Shown: positions 42,880-53,189 of the stretch, one piece after another | How the letters are laid out: every line of letters starts with the position of its first letter | How positions within the stretch are numbered: position 1 is the stretch's first letter | Source: Pyrodictiaceae archaeon | GTDB lineage: Archaea > Thermoproteota > Thermoprotei_A > Sulfolobales > Pyrodictiaceae | Direction: 5' to 3' | Length of the DNA: 64,000 bases | Assembly (NCBI GenBank): GCA_027036135.1 | Contig: JALVSY010000016.1 | Span: 32,001-96,000 of the forward strand | The notes under the pieces: generated by a model | The model's input: only the letters and a program-made list of their open reading frames with translations | Database searches by the model: none | Told to the model about the DNA's origin: nothing | Translations under genes and position numbers: made by a program

Positions 42880-42889
42880 TTCTTAACCG

Positions 42890-44159
42890 TATATTGGAAC
42901 TGGGTCCTAGTTTTTGAGGCAATTCTAGGTACCGTTGGCCAAGTTTTACGAGACCAACTATGGTATCGAGGCTTATAGGCTTATATCTTGTAAGCTCTAT
43001 TGATACGTTGATTGTGCGTTGTTCAGGATTTATTAACGGATAATGACGGAGATCATTATTATGTTTATGGCCGTGTATGAGCCAGCAACCCGGCGGTGGT
43101 GTTGACGGCTTATGTTGTAATATTAAAGCATATTCCTGCGTATTTCATCACTAAGCGGTCGCAGCAAGCATAATTTCTGTCATGGTTTCCGCGTATGAGT
43201 ATCTTTTTGCCATTAAGAATTCTTAAGTATCTCTTCACGTCTCTCCTCCTAAATGCCAGGTCGCCGACTATGTATACGGTGTCGTTTGGTGCTATAATAG
43301 TATTCCAATTATGTATAAGAATTTTGTCCATTTCCTTGGAGTTGAGGAAAGGTCTGGCTGTGTATTTTATGATATTCTCATGTCCCAGGTGGAGATCAGC
43401 TGTAACCCATACTCTTTTTAATCCTTGGCGCGATTGTGGTATTTGACTGTCTACTTCGATGCCCCGAGTTTTGCAATAAACCGTTAAGTCGGCTGCATAC
43501 GTTTTCTCGCTTAGTGCCTCTTTGCGGGTAAGTATCCTGCGTAATATATGGTCATACTCATAGACTATTTTGCCCCTATACAACAGGGTTATTCTCCAAA
43601 CCTCTGATGGTAAGAAGAAACTAAATCCTAGAGCTCTATGTCGCGATATGCTTTCTTGAGGTAAACGGCCTAGCGCTATAGTCGCGTGAAACCAGAACTT
43701 AGAACAATTGTTAAGCCCCTGCGACCTTGAGGACTCCTCTATCAAAGGCTTAATAGCCTCATATACTTCTTTCCGGAGTTTTCTAAGCTCTAAGCTAGGC
43801 TCTATGTTGAATACAAGTACATGGCCTGGGCCTTGCTCCCGCTTCCTTAGCGCTACGCCATCATAATAGAAAGTAACTCTTTCATAATTTTCCGCTACTC
43901 TTGCTACAGTCTGAATCAGACTTAATGGAGCTACACTGCGTTTTAATTCAAAGTTATAGATTAGTGTTATATGAGGTACTTTCATTAAGTATCTGCGCGG
44001 TATTCTCAGCTTCTCAGCTACCTTCTTCGCGCGAAGTCTCAATAGTTTTTTCTCAAGAATAGGTCTTATCTCAAGTAACCACTTGTAACCCTTAGGATGC
44101 TGGATCTTCTTGCCTTTTCTGTGAAACCGTGCTAAAAGACGATGAAGTAAGTCCAGCAT
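42890..44159 (-). pseudogene. 2H-phosphoesterase (2'-5' RNA ligase-like) fused to a calcineurin-like metallophosphoesterase, frameshift near 43120
   Basis: PHITL and FHATI 2H motifs; ADLHLGH, VGD and GNHD; IHGHKH...INVSIE continues in the shifted frame. Confidence 0.8.
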
Positions 44160-44439
44160 GCTAGTCTCCCGTTATTCCAAGGCTATTCACTAGATACTAA
44201 TGCAGACAAATAACTTATATATAATGCTCAGCTGCCTTTCAGTAACTATAGCATCTTGTATTTTAATCTAACAGACTTAAGAACTACAACAATGGAGCCT
44301 TTCCATAACTCATTAAAGTATATATGGATATACTCGTTTAGATAATTAATGATACGGTGTCTTTTTTTGTATACTTTTTTACAATGCTTAGTTTTAAAGG
44401 CAATGATTTAACCGATACAAGCTCTAGGGTTAGTTAGTC

Positions 44440-45636
44440 GTGTCTCGGGTTCTTTTCTTGTCGTCTCATGTTGGGTTGGGGCATGTTGCTAGGGATTATG
44501 CTGTCTCCGTTGTTCTTCGGGGGCTTGTCCCGGGTGTTGAGCTGGATTGGTGTAGTGCTGAGCCTGTGAATTCTTTCTTGGATGCTCTCGGGGAGCGTGT
44601 TGTGCCGGATTGTAGGGGGTTGGAGAGCTTTTCCAGGGTTATTGAGGATCTTTATAATGGGCGTATTGGGGGGTTGAGGGAGCTTGGTTCTAGGCTCGGG
44701 GTTCTTCGCCGTAACTGGGAGGTAGTACGTGGTGTCCTGGAAAGTGGTAGGTATGACTTGGTGTTTGCTGATGAGTTCTGGGAGGTTGTGTATGCTGCCC
44801 CGGCTGAGATTAAGGAGGGTATAGTTTTTGGCACTGATATAGTGCATAAGCGGTACTCGTTTAACCCCTTGGACTCGTTTATTAGCTTCGTTCTTAACCG
44901 GTACTTTAAGCGGGTCCTGCCCGGATTCGGCTCTCTCTTATTCCTCAACGATCCCGAGACTCTCGGTGATGCTCGCTGGTACCCGTTGCTGGGTAGACGT
45001 GTCCGCGACTGGGTTGAGGAGCACATGTTTGTCGCGGGGCTTGTTACTAGCTTTGCTCCCGGCGAGGTCCCGGCCCGGTGTGTGGCCCGCGAGAAGCTGG
45101 GCATTGACTGCGACGAGTTCCTCGTGGTAGTTAGTGTTGGTGGTACCTCTACTCGTAGCGAGGCATTGCTGAGCTGCATAGATGCTGCCGCGGAGCACGT
45201 GGTCCGTGTACTAGGGGAGAGGCTTGCTAAACGGGTACGGGTAGTCGCGTTGCCGGGGCCAAGGACGATGTGGGAGCCGAGAAGCGGCTATGTTGAGGCA
45301 CGCGTGGGTGTTGTTCCTAGGCTTCTTGACTACTATGCTGCAGCTGACCTATTCGTGACACGGGCTGGTAGGACCACTACAGCTGATCTCCTATGCCTCG
45401 GGAAGCCCGCGGTTCTTATCCCGATAAGGAAGCACTTCGAGCAAGAAGACATAGCTCGAGACCTCAACGAGAGGTATGGGTACCCAGTTATCCGGGAAGA
45501 TGATTGCAGCGCCGAGAAACTGGTAGCAGGCATACTTGAAGCTATTAGGAGAAGCTACAGTGCTCCAAGAGAGCTGTGCAGGGGCGTGGAGAGGACGGCT
45601 CGCTTCCTAGCAGGGAAGCTAAACGCAGAGACCTAG
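44440..45636 (+). CDS. GT-B glycosyltransferase (GT28/MurG-like)
   Basis: GLGHVAR, VSVGG, ADLFVTRAGRTT and HFEQ. Confidence 0.88.
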   Translation: MSRVLFLSSHVGLGHVARDYAVSVVLRGLVPGVELDWCSAEPVNSFLDALGERVVPDCRGLESFSRVIEDLYNGRIGGLRELGSRLGVLRRNWEVVRGVLESGRYDLVFADEFWEVVYAAPAEIKEGIVFGTDIVHKRYSFNPLDSFISFVLNRYFKRVLPGFGSLLFLNDPETLGDARWYPLLGRRVRDWVEEHMFVAGLVTSFAPGEVPARCVAREKLGIDCDEFLVVVSVGGTSTRSEALLSCIDAAAEHVVRVLGERLAKRVRVVALPGPRTMWEPRSGYVEARVGVVPRLLDYYAAADLFVTRAGRTTTADLLCLGKPAVLIPIRKHFEQEDIARDLNERYGYPVIREDDCSAEKLVAGILEAIRRSYSAPRELCRGVERTARFLAGKLNAET

Positions 45637-45660
45637 GCTCATCGTCATCCCCGTCTATCA

Positions 45661-46365
45661 ATGCTGTTGCGGGGTGATGGGGACTCGTTGGAGATAACGG
45701 CTCCCATAATTACTGCTGCGAGCCTTGTTGCGCTACCCCTAGCCAACAAGGTAAAGATGAAGAATAAATTCGGCTTCCTTGCCGCGTTCATGGCTGTGCT
45801 TCTCGGCCAGCTCGTGCTCTGGGTGCTGAGGCCAACAGGGCTGGTGGTTCTCTTCCCCTGGGAGTACCCGTTCCTATACACCATGGCAGCCTGGGCTCTG
45901 TTCAGCACCGTGAAGGCATCGGCTACAAGTATTGCTCTAAGGCATCATCGTGTTCTAGGGCTGTGGTTACTCGTACTAGCATTGTTCCAACCCATGGCCT
46001 CGGCGATAAACGCTGCCACGACGCCTTCTCCCCGTAGTGCCCTACTCATGGTCGGCAATGAGTCCCTGGAAGCCATTGTAGCTGATACTGGGTTGAGGGC
46101 TCAGTGCGGGTACTATTGCTGGCCTCGTGCAGCTGCTCTAGTCTTTACTAGTGTTCCGGAGGGCTATCACTGGGTGACAATGATTGGGATAAATAAGCCT
46201 CTCTTGCTCCTAGTTATAGTTAACAACACTATTGCAGAGACCCGGCTCTTGTCGCCGTGGAGGATATATCGGGTATGGATTCCCCGTGGGGCAGTGATAG
46301 TAGAGACGGCCGATACAAGTCTCTCAGTAGTTAATGGTGCTTATGTAGCTTTGCGGTATCGATGA
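45661..46365 (+). CDS. Membrane protein with DUF192-like C-terminal domain
   Basis: About 4 TM helices, then YHWVTMIGINKPL...LSPWR...IVET reminiscent of DUF192. Confidence 0.5.
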   Translation: MLLRGDGDSLEITAPIITAASLVALPLANKVKMKNKFGFLAAFMAVLLGQLVLWVLRPTGLVVLFPWEYPFLYTMAAWALFSTVKASATSIALRHHRVLGLWLLVLALFQPMASAINAATTPSPRSALLMVGNESLEAIVADTGLRAQCGYYCWPRAAALVFTSVPEGYHWVTMIGINKPLLLLVIVNNTIAETRLLSPWRIYRVWIPRGAVIVETADTSLSVVNGAYVALRYR

Positions 46366-46434
46366 GCGCTAGCTAAGGCGATACTTGTATAACTAAGAGG
46401 GGTACAAGTAAGTCTATGTCTTGGCTGCCCCAGG

Positions 46435-47361
46435 GTGACGCTAGCATATCTAGACAAGGTACTAGGAGTACTACGCAGTGTAGAGCCTCTCTACTTCTCC
46501 TACGCTGTGCTCCTCTACTTCGTTATGACTGCTCTCTATGCTCTCCGGCTCCAGATAATTCTCTTCCGGCTAGGTATAAGGATTAGCTTCTTTGACTCCT
46601 TTGTAGCTAATCAGCTAAGCGTAGCATTCAACAATCTCACCCCGAGTTTTCGCGTAGTAGGAGAGGGAGCTAGAGCGGGGTATGTCTACCTACGCGTGGG
46701 TGGTCGCCTTGTAGGCGTGTTGGCGGCGATCGTGTTTGATAAGATAGTTGAGGCACTCCCCCTGGTAGCACTAGCTGTAATCGTTCTACCAGAATCGCTT
46801 AGCACGACAAGTAGTGCTATCTATACCCTCCTAGCAATAGGCATAAGCATTGCTGGTATAGTGGTGGCTGTTCTCTACTGGGACAGGGTAGTCAACTGGC
46901 TGATAGAGAAGGCGAGAAAGAGGGGCTACCGCATAGAGGTCTCCGGGCTAGAACGTAGAGCCCTCGAGTCACTGATGAGGGATAAGCTCCTAGTAGCGGT
47001 AGGGATAGCGATAAGCTTTGCTGCATGGCTGGTGCTCGCGCTCCGTCTTTACCTAGTAGCCCTTTCCATAGGATGGGAGGTAAGATTCTATGATGCGGTT
47101 TTACTCACTGTAGCCTATACAGTGATAAGCATATTCACCATAACTCCGGGAGGCGTGGGCGTAATAGAAGCCTCGCTCACAGGCCTCTTCATGGCCCTTG
47201 GAGCCCCAGCTGACAAGGCTCTAGCAGCATCGCTTGTGGAGAGACTAATATCGTACGGAATAGGTACAGCAGTAGGCATAGTACTTGGCCTCGTCACTGG
47301 CGGCTGGGAGCTATGGAGACGGATGAGGAGGTGGCCAAGAGAGACTCGGGGGAAGAACTAA
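46435..47361 (+). CDS. UPF0104 / lysylphosphatidylglycerol-synthase TM-family flippase-like protein
   Basis: NNLTPSFRVVGE, TPGGVGVIE and ERLISY. Confidence 0.88.
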   Translation: MTLAYLDKVLGVLRSVEPLYFSYAVLLYFVMTALYALRLQIILFRLGIRISFFDSFVANQLSVAFNNLTPSFRVVGEGARAGYVYLRVGGRLVGVLAAIVFDKIVEALPLVALAVIVLPESLSTTSSAIYTLLAIGISIAGIVVAVLYWDRVVNWLIEKARKRGYRIEVSGLERRALESLMRDKLLVAVGIAISFAAWLVLALRLYLVALSIGWEVRFYDAVLLTVAYTVISIFTITPGGVGVIEASLTGLFMALGAPADKALAASLVERLISYGIGTAVGIVLGLVTGGWELWRRMRRWPRETRGKN

Positions 47362-47387
47362 GCTTATTTATGAACAGGTAGCCCACA

Positions 47388-50300
47388 TCATGTACCAAGA
47401 TAATAATCCCTGAGTTCTTTCGCCTCTAGGTCTCCGGGACTGAGCGAGGCGATTGCTTGGGCTAGTAGCTTTCCTAGCCATGAGTCTAGGACAAGTGGTG
47501 TATTGAAGTCGGCCCCTGCTCTCCGGATCTCGTAATCTCTTTGTGGCGCGTAGCCGGTAGTCACTATGAGGCCCACATGACCTCTCCTCACGAGGCGTAT
47601 AGCTTCGTGGTATCCTAGGCTAGCTAGGCCTCCTACCTCCATGCCGTCAATAGTGTAGGTCTTGTAGCCGGTGCTTGAGAAGAGCTTGGCGGCTTGCTCG
47701 AGAGCCTTGTCTCTTCTTCCGAGAGGATTGTAGACCAGGATTACCTGGTTTCTCCCGGGATACTCGTTGCCCTCGGCGCTGAGCCAGCTCTTCAGCAAAG
47801 CCTCCTCTAGCGTATAGCCGAGGGCTGCTACCTCGCCAGTACTCCTCATCTCGGGGCCTAGGCCAGGGTACGCTCCTCTCAGCCTCTTCCAGCTAAACTG
47901 CGGCGTCTTCACACCATAATAGTTCCTCGGTCTTAGTAGCTTAAACTCCTCGTCTAGGTCCAGGCTTCCCCGGAGGGATGCCTGGGCAGCTGCCTTCGCG
48001 AGATTGTAGCCGGTCACCTTGCTCGTGAACGGCATTGATCTGCTTGCTCTTAGATTGAGTTCGATAACGTAGAGGTCCCCGCCCTTTACGAGGAACTGTA
48101 TATTGAATGGCCCCTTTATCCCCAATACCTCGTTGAGCGTAGCAGCTATCTTGGTCATCTCTCTCACTGTTGACTCGCTTAGCCTGAACCATGGGAGAAC
48201 CATTGTTGAGTCCCCGCTGTGTACGCCGCCAGGCTCTACGTGCTCGATCACGGCCCCGGCAGCTGTCTTCCCATCCCCTACGGCGTCTATTTCCGCCTCA
48301 ACAGCGTCCTCGATAACCTTGGAGACAACCACGGGGTAGCGCGGCGAGATCTTAGTCGCCCTGGCCAGGTATTCTCTGAGCTCGCTCGCCGAGTACGCTA
48401 TGTTCATAGCTGCCCCGCTTAGCACGTAGCTTGGGCGCACGAGAACGGGGTAACCATACTCCTCGGTGAATCTTAGTGCATCATTGATGCTTGTTGCAGC
48501 TATCCAGGGGGGCTGCCTAATACCCAGCTCCTCGAGTAGCTGGGAGAACAGTGCCCGGTTCTCGGCTCTGTGTACGCTCTCTCCCCCCGTGCCTAGTAGC
48601 CTTACCCCTAGCTCCTCTAGCCGCTTAGCAATATTGTTCGATAACTGGCCCCCGAGGAACGCTACAACGCCTACTGGTTTCTCCGCCTCATATATATCCA
48701 GGATGCGCTCCGCGCTTATCTCCTCGAAGTAGAGCTTATCATTAACGTCCCAGTCCGTGGAGACAGTCTCAGGGTTATAGTTGAGCACTATTACTCGGTA
48801 CCCTAGCTTCCTAGCCTCCTCCGAGAACGTTGTCACAGCCCAATCAAACTCAACCGACACACCTATACGGAAGACACCAGCGCCGAGAACCAGTATCTTG
48901 TCCCCATTATCGCCTAGGGCCTCGTCGTCGAACGCGTTATACGTTGTGTAGAGATAGTTTGTCTCCGCAGGCCACTCAGCTGCAAGTGTGTCGATCTTGC
49001 GTACCCGGGCCCTACCAGTTATTCTCCTCCTAAACTCCCTGACGGCGTCCTCGCTGAGACCGGTGAGTAGGGCTATTTGCTCATCACTGAAACCAAGCCG
49101 CTTAGCCTCTGCAACGAGTTCTTCGAAACCAGGGCTGTTTGGCCCCCTTCCCCTTAGCTCCTCCGCTAGCTCAACGACTCGCTTAATCTCATAGATGAAG
49201 TACTTATCAATACCCGTTGCCTCGTAAATCTCGTCGGGGCTTGCTCCTAGCCGTAGCGCCTTGGCTGCGTAGAGGGGCCAGTAGGGCTCCCTCCGCCTCA
49301 GCTTCTCCATAACATCCTCTAGGCTCCCGGGTTCCTCGTAGCTGGGTCCTGCGACGAGTCCTGGCTCGCCTATGTCTAGCATCCTCACTGCCTTCTGGAG
49401 TGCCTCGGCAACGTTCCTACCAATAGCCATTACCTCGCCTATGCTTTTCATCTCACTCCCAATACTCTTATTGGCTCCCTCGAATTTTTGGAGATCCCAG
49501 CGAGGCATCTTAACAGCCACGTAGTCGAGGCTGGGCTCGAAGCATGCGCGTGTCTTTCTAGTTACACGGTTTAATAGCTCGTCTAGGCGGTAACCAAGCG
49601 CGAGCTTAGCCGCGATATAGGCCAGTGGGTACCCAGTGGCTTTGCTTGCCAATGCGCTGCTCCTGCTCATCCGGGGATTGGTCTCTATTACGTAGTATTC
49701 CCAGCTATTCCTCGGATTGAGAGCTAGCTGTACATTACACTCGCCGACGAGGCCTATTGCCTCCGCGACGCGAAGCGAGGCTTCCCGGAGCAACTGGTAC
49801 TCCTGGTCAACAAGCGTCTGGCAAGGAGCAATAACCACAGAGTCCCCGGTATGCACGCCCATTGGGTCAAGGTTCTCGAGACAAGCAACGGCGACTGAGT
49901 TGCCATACTGATCCCTAACGACCTCGAACTCTATCTCCTTCCAATGATGCAGGTACCTCTCAACAAGAACCTCTCTTATACCGCTAGATGCGAATGCCTT
50001 GTCTATGCGCTCTCTTAGCTCGTCCTCGTTCCACGCGACAAAGCTCCCACCACCACCTAGGTTGAAGCTAACCCTAACTATCACTGGGTACCCGATACTC
50101 TGGGCAACAGCGATCGCTTCCCCGGGGCTGCGGGCAGCCCTACTAGGGGGTATGGGTAGTCCATGCTTCTCCATCGTCTCTCTGAACAATGCCCGGCTAA
50201 GAGCAGCCTCGATACCCTCGATAGGTGTACCTAGGACGCGGACGCCGTAGCGTCTGAGTATTCCTCGCTTGTAGAGCTCCACCCCGAGGCTGAGGGCTGT

Positions 50301-50579
50301 CTGGCCACCAAACCCGAGGAGTATCCCGTCCGGTCTCTCCCTCTCTATGACCTTCTCGAGGAACCAGGGCTTAAGGGGGCCTAGGTATACGTGGTCAGCC
50401 AGCCTATAGCTCGTTTGGATCGTGGCCACGTTTGGGTTAACGAGCACGGTCTCGATGCCTTCTTCCCTTAGGGCTCTTAGCGCCTGGCTCCCGCTATAGT
50501 CAAACTCCGCTGCCTCAGCTATCTTTATGGAGCCGCTTCCAAGCACCAATACCTTTCTCACATCTATACTCCTCGGCAA
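47388..50579 (-). CDS. carB: Carbamoyl-phosphate synthase large subunit
   Basis: AAEFDYSG, GVHTGDS, NPETVSTD and GVHSGDS; 1063 aa. Confidence 0.97.
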   Translation of the reverse strand: MPRSIDVRKVLVLGSGSIKIAEAAEFDYSGSQALRALREEGIETVLVNPNVATIQTSYRLADHVYLGPLKPWFLEKVIERERPDGILLGFGGQTALSLGVELYKRGILRRYGVRVLGTPIEGIEAALSRALFRETMEKHGLPIPPSRAARSPGEAIAVAQSIGYPVIVRVSFNLGGGGSFVAWNEDELRERIDKAFASSGIREVLVERYLHHWKEIEFEVVRDQYGNSVAVACLENLDPMGVHTGDSVVIAPCQTLVDQEYQLLREASLRVAEAIGLVGECNVQLALNPRNSWEYYVIETNPRMSRSSALASKATGYPLAYIAAKLALGYRLDELLNRVTRKTRACFEPSLDYVAVKMPRWDLQKFEGANKSIGSEMKSIGEVMAIGRNVAEALQKAVRMLDIGEPGLVAGPSYEEPGSLEDVMEKLRRREPYWPLYAAKALRLGASPDEIYEATGIDKYFIYEIKRVVELAEELRGRGPNSPGFEELVAEAKRLGFSDEQIALLTGLSEDAVREFRRRITGRARVRKIDTLAAEWPAETNYLYTTYNAFDDEALGDNGDKILVLGAGVFRIGVSVEFDWAVTTFSEEARKLGYRVIVLNYNPETVSTDWDVNDKLYFEEISAERILDIYEAEKPVGVVAFLGGQLSNNIAKRLEELGVRLLGTGGESVHRAENRALFSQLLEELGIRQPPWIAATSINDALRFTEEYGYPVLVRPSYVLSGAAMNIAYSASELREYLARATKISPRYPVVVSKVIEDAVEAEIDAVGDGKTAAGAVIEHVEPGGVHSGDSTMVLPWFRLSESTVREMTKIAATLNEVLGIKGPFNIQFLVKGGDLYVIELNLRASRSMPFTSKVTGYNLAKAAAQASLRGSLDLDEEFKLLRPRNYYGVKTPQFSWKRLRGAYPGLGPEMRSTGEVAALGYTLEEALLKSWLSAEGNEYPGRNQVILVYNPLGRRDKALEQAAKLFSSTGYKTYTIDGMEVGGLASLGYHEAIRLVRRGHVGLIVTTGYAPQRDYEIRRAGADFNTPLVLDSWLGKLLAQAIASLSPGDLEAKELRDYYLGT

Positions 50580-50586
50580 CTCCTCT

Positions 50587-51771
50587 TCACCGGTTCTTCG
50601 ACTCTTCTATGAGCTTAAGGAACTCGTCAAATACCCATGTGGAGTCCCAGGGCCCGGGCCCAGCCTCGGGGTGGAACTGCGTAGCTAGGACGAGTCCATC
50701 CCTTGACCTAACACCCTCGAGAGTCTTATCGTCGGGCTGTATGAACCATGGGACTAGCCCAGTACCCTCTAGGCTCTCGGGATCAATCGCGTAGCCATGA
50801 TTATGGGTGGTTATGTAGCACCTCCCAGTGCCCAGCTCTACTACGGGCTTATTGACCCCGCGGTGTCCATAGGGCAGCTTATATGCTCTAGCACCTAGGC
50901 CTATGCTGAGAAGCTGCATTCCAAGACAAATAGCTAGGACAGGCTTACCGCTGGTAGCTACATGTGCAGCTACCTCGGCTTGGCTTCGCAGCAAAGAGGG
51001 ATTGCCAGGCCCATTGCTTAGTACAACCCCGTCATAGTCCTCTAAGAACTCGTCCGCGGAAGCGGTGCACGGGTACCTCGTGACGCTAATGCCTCTTTCT
51101 AGAAGCCTTCTCAGAATACCATACTTTACCCCACAATCGAGCATCGATACCCTTGCCCTTATCTCGCCAGGCGGATTATGCGTTATGGGCTTCTTTGGCG
51201 AAACTTCTAATGCAAAGACTTTCTCATCGTAGTTTTTGCTCTCCGCAAGTATTCTTGCCAGCTCACTCCACTCGATGGGTTCATTGCAGGGAAACGTTGC
51301 TAGGACTGCCATGAGGACGCCGTGTTCGCGAAGAATTCTTACAAGCAGCCTAGTATCGATACGGTAGATGCCTGGCACATTTTCTTCTCGGAGCCACTCG
51401 TCGAGGCTCATAACCGAGGCATAGTGGCTCGGTGTCGGTAGCTCGGCTGCAACGAAGCCCTCCACTTGGATCCGGTCAGACTCGTAGTCTAGTGGTATAC
51501 CAGCGTATCTCCGAGAAGGACTAGGCACGCCATAATTCCCTATCATTGGGTGGGTCTCTACGAGTATCTGGCCCCGGTAACTGGGATCAGTTAAGCTCTC
51601 CGGATAACCAGTCATAGCTGTAGTGAAAACAGCCTCCCCGACGGCGATGCCTTGTGCGCCGAAGCCGCAGCCCTCGAAGCCAAGCCCGTTGGCTAGGAGG
51701 AGGCGGGCGCAGAGGCCACGTGGACAGCGAAGGAATGGGTACCGATAGATCCTTTCTAGGCCTTGATACAA
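50587..51771 (-). CDS. carA: Carbamoyl-phosphate synthase small subunit
   Basis: TGYPESLTDPSY, SNGPG, ICLG and QFHPE. Confidence 0.97.
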   Translation of the reverse strand: MYQGLERIYRYPFLRCPRGLCARLLLANGLGFEGCGFGAQGIAVGEAVFTTAMTGYPESLTDPSYRGQILVETHPMIGNYGVPSPSRRYAGIPLDYESDRIQVEGFVAAELPTPSHYASVMSLDEWLREENVPGIYRIDTRLLVRILREHGVLMAVLATFPCNEPIEWSELARILAESKNYDEKVFALEVSPKKPITHNPPGEIRARVSMLDCGVKYGILRRLLERGISVTRYPCTASADEFLEDYDGVVLSNGPGNPSLLRSQAEVAAHVATSGKPVLAICLGMQLLSIGLGARAYKLPYGHRGVNKPVVELGTGRCYITTHNHGYAIDPESLEGTGLVPWFIQPDDKTLEGVRSRDGLVLATQFHPEAGPGPWDSTWVFDEFLKLIEESKNR

Positions 51772-53159
51772 GTATTCTTCACCTCTTCGAGAAGCTCCTC
51801 AACCCTCCTCCTGGCAACCCTCAGCCTTGCAGCGAGCTCGGAGACCTGCTTCTCGTCAAGAGCTATCCTGGCCTCAACCCTGCCGAGGTTCACGGTGCTC
51901 TTGCACCCCGTCCTCCTCAGCTCTATGATCTTCTCAACCCAATTGGGGCCCAGCAACTCCTCTGCCAGTTTGCTTAGGGGTCTCTTTCTAAGAAACTCTG
52001 CAACCTCAGCGTATGCCTCCCTAAAGGCTTTACTCTCTCTCAGAGCTAAGAGTTCGGCGAGCTCTACGCTAACCGGGGCATACTCCCAGATGAGCTGTCG
52101 TAACTTATCCTCGTCGAAGCTCATCTTCTCGAACACGTCGGCCAGGATCCTAGCTGCCTCAATCGCGTCTCGGAGAGAAGCGTAGAGAAGGGGATTAGCC
52201 TCTTGGAGATCAAGGTTATAGATATAAGGGAGACCATGCATTATCGTGAGCGCTCCCGCCGCGTATCCAGCTACCTTAGCCGCTCTTGCTCGGAGAACCT
52301 CGAGGGTAACCGGGTTCCTCTTATGAGGCATAGCACTACTAGTAGCAACGTGCTCATCCGGTATCTTTAAGGCGCCGAGGTAGGGCGATGAGTACTGAAT
52401 AAGGTCCCCGGCTATCCTGGATGCCTCCGCGAGGAGCAGGGAGGACACAAGGATAGTCATTACCACGTCAAGCCTACTCCCCGAGGCATAGGGGGCCGGG
52501 AGCACAGAGCCCAAGCCAACTAGCTCTGATAGACGCTCCGGGTTCAATGGTGCAAGCGTTCCTGCCCCAGCACTTGCCCCGAGAGGAGAGCGAGTAACTA
52601 GCTCGAGAACCGTGAGCGCTAGGCGCGTTATAGAGCTAAGAGCCTCCTCCCAGCTGAGCACTAGGCAAGCCACTGTACCAACCTGGCTAGGCTGCTGATG
52701 AGTATGCAGGATTATCGGGGTTCCTCCTTGCCGCGAGGCCAGGCCTAATAGAGCACGCCTTGCGGCGAGTAGACCGTCTAGTAGCTCCAGTAGCTTCTCG
52801 GCGGCATGTAGCCGGAGAGCTGCTGAGACGTGGTCATTCCTGCTCCTGCCAAGCCATAGGAACTTGGCTGCCTCTCCTGCTCTCTCCTCTAGGTGGGCCT
52901 CTGCTGCCTCGAAGACGTCCTCGTAGCCCTCCTTGATATAGTTGCCCTTCTTTATCATCTCGAGGAGAACTGGTGCAAGTCTGCAAACAGCGCTTCGTGG
53001 AACAAGGTCTTTCTCATATAGGTGAGCGAGGTGAGCCGCTAGGATAAACGCGACTTGTTTCTCTATGGCCTTGTCGTGTTCTATGCTAGAGGTGTACCTG
53101 TATACTAGGTCGCCGCCATGTATACCTGTTATCTCCCTGTACCTTGTCATGGCTAGCAC
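51756..53159 (-). CDS. argH: Argininosuccinate lyase
   Basis: GRSRNDH, TSSAMPHKRNP and YNLDLQE. Confidence 0.93.
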   Translation of the reverse strand: MLAMTRYREITGIHGGDLVYRYTSSIEHDKAIEKQVAFILAAHLAHLYEKDLVPRSAVCRLAPVLLEMIKKGNYIKEGYEDVFEAAEAHLEERAGEAAKFLWLGRSRNDHVSAALRLHAAEKLLELLDGLLAARRALLGLASRQGGTPIILHTHQQPSQVGTVACLVLSWEEALSSITRLALTVLELVTRSPLGASAGAGTLAPLNPERLSELVGLGSVLPAPYASGSRLDVVMTILVSSLLLAEASRIAGDLIQYSSPYLGALKIPDEHVATSSAMPHKRNPVTLEVLRARAAKVAGYAAGALTIMHGLPYIYNLDLQEANPLLYASLRDAIEAARILADVFEKMSFDEDKLRQLIWEYAPVSVELAELLALRESKAFREAYAEVAEFLRKRPLSKLAEELLGPNWVEKIIELRRTGCKSTVNLGRVEARIALDEKQVSELAARLRVARRRVEELLEEVKNTCIKA

Positions 53160-53189
53160 CGCTTCTCAAGATAACGCATCCCTCTCTTC

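Larger units (their letters stand above)
41384..44430. mobile_element. AT-rich decayed genomic island downstream of tRNA-Arg
   Basis: Abrupt AT enrichment right after the tRNA CCA and broken nuclease/phosphoesterase genes; no integrase or att repeat visible. Confidence 0.6.
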
